From NCBI RefSeq assembly GCF_005696695.1, contig NZ_CP040006.1, forward strand, positions 1,530,001-1,562,000: DNA of 32,000 nt. Reading direction: 5' to 3'. The stretch is from Schaalia odontolytica. GTDB taxonomy: Bacteria > Actinomycetota > Actinomycetes > Actinomycetales > Actinomycetaceae. The position numbers were made by a program, and so were the translations under genes. The notes under the pieces were generated by a model. The model searched no databases, was not told the origin of the DNA, and saw nothing but the letters and a program-made list of their open reading frames with translations. Shown here one piece after another: positions 27,586 to 32,000 of this stretch. Numbering within the stretch: position 1 is the first letter of the stretch; every line of letters starts with the position of its first letter.

Positions 27586-27963
27586 TTCACATGCATTGAC
27601 GCCCTCTCCAAGCCCATCCCGGGCACCGCGCCGCTCATGTGGAGGCCGTGGCCTGCACGAGCTGCAAGGCCGAGCTGCGCTACACGCAGGCGGTCACGGG
27701 GGTTCCAAAAGCCGACACGTGGCCTGCTAGGCCTGGCTGCGGTGCCCGCGGGCGGTGGCGGGGCCTGGCCGGGCTTCGAGATCGACCACTCCGAGCCGAA
27801 GGCTCGCGTGTGGCGATCTCGCGGGCGGGCCGCCGCCCGCAGGCACACAAAGCAGCCCGGCCGTGGCCACAGGTTGCCCGCAGGCCCTGCGGCGCCCTCC
27901 ACAAGGGCGACGCTTGCTCAGTACGTTGTCATAACCCTCTATGCCTGCCAACTCGGCCTACGT

Positions 27964-28002
27964 ACAAACGAGGCCGCGACCGGTTTCCCGGCCACGGCCT
28001 CG
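27964..28002 (-). terminator. intrinsic terminator of the thrE / small-ORF unit
   Basis: 15-bp stem with a GAAA loop. It pairs fully only in the minus-strand RNA (two G-U wobbles; these would be C-A mismatches in plus-strand RNA). It is followed by UUUGU. Confidence 0.6.
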
Positions 28003-28016
28003 CCGATGAACGCGTG

Positions 28017-28172
28017 TCAGCGCTGAATCAGCGCAACGAGCACTCGAGCGGTCACTGCCGCCACACACACGATCGCGATGTTGCGACCGACGGCGCGGAT
28101 CTCGTCGCGGTCGATCGCGTACTCAAACTCGAATGACGGCGGCTTCAGGCCGGCTTCGATCTCAAACTTCAT
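28017..28172 (-). CDS. candidate 51-aa tail-anchored small membrane protein, translationally coupled to the ThrE-like gene
   Basis: Not in the ORF track. The ATG overlaps the thrE stop (ATGA at 28169-28172) and GAGGAGGAG lies 6 nt upstream. Translation MKFEIEAGLKPPSFEFEYAIDRDEIRAVGRNIAIVCVAAVTARVLVALIQR has an acidic N-terminus and one C-terminal TM helix. Third codon positions are mostly G/C. Confidence 0.5.
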   Translation of the reverse strand: MKFEIEAGLKPPSFEFEYAIDRDEIRAVGRNIAIVCVAAVTARVLVALIQR

Positions 28173-29533
28173 GAGTTCTCCTCCTCGTATTCCCACAGGT
28201 TCGGGACTCGTTCTTGCTTTTCGACGAGCCAGTTCTTATCCGTCAGCATACGGGAGAGCGCCAGGCCCATGCCGATCGCCACGATCGTGAACATGACCGT
28301 GAAGAGCGCAGCGAGCGCATCGTCGATCTGCTGGTTGTTCAGGTAGGTCAGAGCACGATAGAGCGGCACACCGGGGATCATGATGACGACAGCAGGCACG
28401 GACAGGGTCACGCGCGAGAAGCGCGTCCTGCGGGCCACGAAGACGGCGAGAAGGCCAGCTGCGAGCGCGGCGAGGCCGACGCAAGCCGGGGCAGGAACGC
28501 CGAGTTCCAGGTGCAGGGCGATACGAGCAGTGTTGATAACGGCACCGATGAGCGCGGCCGTCGCGCACACACGTTGCGGTGAATTGAAGAGCATCGCAAA
28601 CCCGTATGCAGCAACGAAGCTGGCGAGGAAGCGCAGAAGGTAGTGGCACCATGGAACGAGCGAAACACCGTACTCGGGCGTCACCGACCAGCCGAAGACA
28701 GCCGAGATCGCCCAGACAGCCACACCCGCTGACATGACGAGCATCGTCACGTAGACGAGGCGACCGACTCCACCTTGGAAGTCTTGCCGCACCAAATCGA
28801 TAAGGCCAGTCACGAGCGGGAAGCCAGGGACCAGGAAGAGCAGCGCGGAAATAAACCCGGCCTGGTGCGTCGATTCGATACCGAGGAAATGCTGTGCGGG
28901 AGCAACGAGAAGGATGTAGATCATTGCTGCGAGAGCACCACAGGCCATCCACACGCCGAAGTGGTTCATGTGGCGGATCAACATCTGGCGACGCAGTGCC
29001 TGCCCGAAGAACGAGGCGACGGCGACGGCGGAGCACTCGACCCATCCCCCGCCATTCAGGAATGCGAAGGCTGCACAGGCGAGGCCGGAGGCAAGCGCAT
29101 TAGAGAACCAGTCGTAGAGGCCAGGAACCTTCGCGATCTTGTCGAGCTCATCGGACACGTCCTCGACTCGGACGGACTTGCCGTTCAAAGACGCCACGTA
29201 GTTGTTGATGCGATCAATCTTGTCTGCGTTCACGCCCATCAGGCGCTGCTCAGCGAGCTCCGTGCGGAATGTACCGTTCGCGTACGCAGTCGCGATGATC
29301 TCCGTGTAGGTGACCTGTGCGCGGTGCTCAGAAATTCCGACAGCGCGCGCGAGGTCTGCCATCGACTTTTTGACGCGGTACGCACTCGCACCAAACGACA
29401 GAAGCATCTGGCCGAGTCGGAGAACTACCTGAGATTGATGGGCAAGGCGATCGTGCGCCGCCATACGTTGAGCGAGAACCTCGTCTTTGCCACCGTGGTG
29501 GTGAGGCCCGTGCGGGTGTGCAGAAGTGACCAT
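28169..29533 (-). CDS. thrE: threonine/serine exporter family protein (ThrE-like, fused DUF1212 + DUF3815 halves)
   Basis: 454 aa with a soluble N-terminal part (LRLGQMLLSFGASAYRVKKSM...) followed by about 10 TM helices. His-rich N-terminus (HPHGPHHHGG). No SD before ATG 29533, so the start is uncertain or the mRNA is leaderless or has a short leader. Confidence 0.8.
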   Translation of the reverse strand: MVTSAHPHGPHHHGGKDEVLAQRMAAHDRLAHQSQVVLRLGQMLLSFGASAYRVKKSMADLARAVGISEHRAQVTYTEIIATAYANGTFRTELAEQRLMGVNADKIDRINNYVASLNGKSVRVEDVSDELDKIAKVPGLYDWFSNALASGLACAAFAFLNGGGWVECSAVAVASFFGQALRRQMLIRHMNHFGVWMACGALAAMIYILLVAPAQHFLGIESTHQAGFISALLFLVPGFPLVTGLIDLVRQDFQGGVGRLVYVTMLVMSAGVAVWAISAVFGWSVTPEYGVSLVPWCHYLLRFLASFVAAYGFAMLFNSPQRVCATAALIGAVINTARIALHLELGVPAPACVGLAALAAGLLAVFVARRTRFSRVTLSVPAVVIMIPGVPLYRALTYLNNQQIDDALAALFTVMFTIVAIGMGLALSRMLTDKNWLVEKQERVPNLWEYEEENS

Positions 29534-29671
29534 GGATATAGCATCGCACGCGATACAGCGATATGCGGGCGACGTTAGTCCGTGACGTGCGATTTTTCAT
29601 GTGGTGGACACTTGGCACAGTACTGACCGTCGGTACCAGGCGATCAGGCTGTTTGGCAAACGAAGGTCGGC

Positions 29672-29718
29672 CGAGAAACGAAAAGAAGCGGCCGGAGACT
29701 TGAGTCTCCGGCCGCTTC
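29672..29718 (-). terminator. intrinsic terminator of the rRNA operon
   Basis: Perfect 15-bp stem GAAGCGGCCGGAGAC / GTCTCCGGCCGCTTC with a 4-nt loop. On the minus strand it is followed by UUUUCGUUUCUC. It lies about 10 nt downstream of the 5S rRNA. Confidence 0.75.
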
Positions 29719-29727
29719 CGTACGTGT

Positions 29728-29848
29728 GTTGTGGCGGTGTCCTACTCTCCCACAACCTGGCGGTTGCAGTACCATTGGCGCTGCCGGGCTTAGCTTCCAG
29801 GTTCGGAATGGAGGCTGGGCGTTTCCCCGGTGCTATGACCACCACAAG
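29728..29848 (-). rRNA. rrf: 5S ribosomal RNA
   Basis: Reverse complement reads TTGTGGTGGTCATAGCACCGGGGAAACGCCCAGCCTCCATTCCGAACCTGGAAGCTAAGCCCGGCAGCGCCAATGGTACTGC...GGGAGAGTAGGACACCGCCACAA. This is the actinobacterial 5S consensus with terminal helix I pairing. Ends are accurate to within a few nt. Confidence 0.9.
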
Positions 29849-29967
29849 TTTGGTGTTCAACACGCTCCCCACTATGGTTCGTGTGGGGGTGTGGGTTGAT
29901 CGTGGTTTGTATAGTGGTTGCGGCACGACGTTTTGTTCGTGTTTTTTGCTCTTACCCGTTGTGTTGG

Positions 29968-32000
<2,033 letters not shown>

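Noticed and set aside
27637-28136. ORFs 27637-28026 (+), 27639-28136 (+), 27540-27902 (-), 27680-27904 (-) and 27727-27951 (-), considered as genes.
   Set aside because: They run through two terminator hairpins and the coupled small ORF, are Arg/Pro/Gly-rich and have no SD. Only short patches look coding (see the finding on a possible gene remnant).
29534-29671. thrE upstream region with clustered ATCGC/GCGAT and TATCGC repeats around the start codon, considered as an operator or leaderless promoter.
   Set aside because: The repeats are short (5-6 nt) and imperfect. No -10/-35 pair at proper spacing could be defined, so the evidence is too weak to call.

Overview
Visibly high-GC actinobacterial chromosome segment. 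The gene order and the sialidase look Actinomycetaceae-like, but I cannot assign a species without a database search. Almost all genes are on the minus strand and most are core housekeeping genes. (1) The conserved block rimP-nusA-ylxR-infB-rbfA-truB-ribF / rpsO-pnp-M16 peptidase-dapB-(GNAT)-dapA. (2) leuB. (3) ilvB-ilvN-ilvC, preceded by what looks like a branched-chain-amino-acid leader peptide and attenuator. (4) The 3' part of an rRNA operon: partial 23S, 5S and a strong terminator. The accessory or less ordinary parts are listed next. (a) A four-gene membrane module at the left edge: DUF4418-like Cys-rich membrane protein, membrane-anchored DUF6273-like protein and two FtsX-type ABC permeases, with a near-consensus promoter. 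(b) A secreted GH33 sialidase with C-terminal cell-wall-binding (choline-binding-type) repeats, lying between leuB and ilvC. Upstream of it is a visibly AT-richer island of about 390 bp with an 18-bp perfect palindrome and two unannotated small ORFs. (c) An AAE-family transporter divergent from ilvB. (d) A ThrE-like exporter with a translationally coupled 51-codon ORF. (e) An unexplained GC-rich spacer of about 380 bp between two convergent terminators. I found no CRISPR array, transposase, integrase, tRNA gene or recognisable defence or toxin-antitoxin genes. Nothing here is clearly a novel system; the best candidates for follow-up are the DUF4418/DUF6273/FtsX module and the sialidase locus with its small ORFs and palindrome. 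All family assignments come from reading the translations by eye and need HMM or BLAST confirmation. The long ORFs antisense to real genes are high-GC artefacts.
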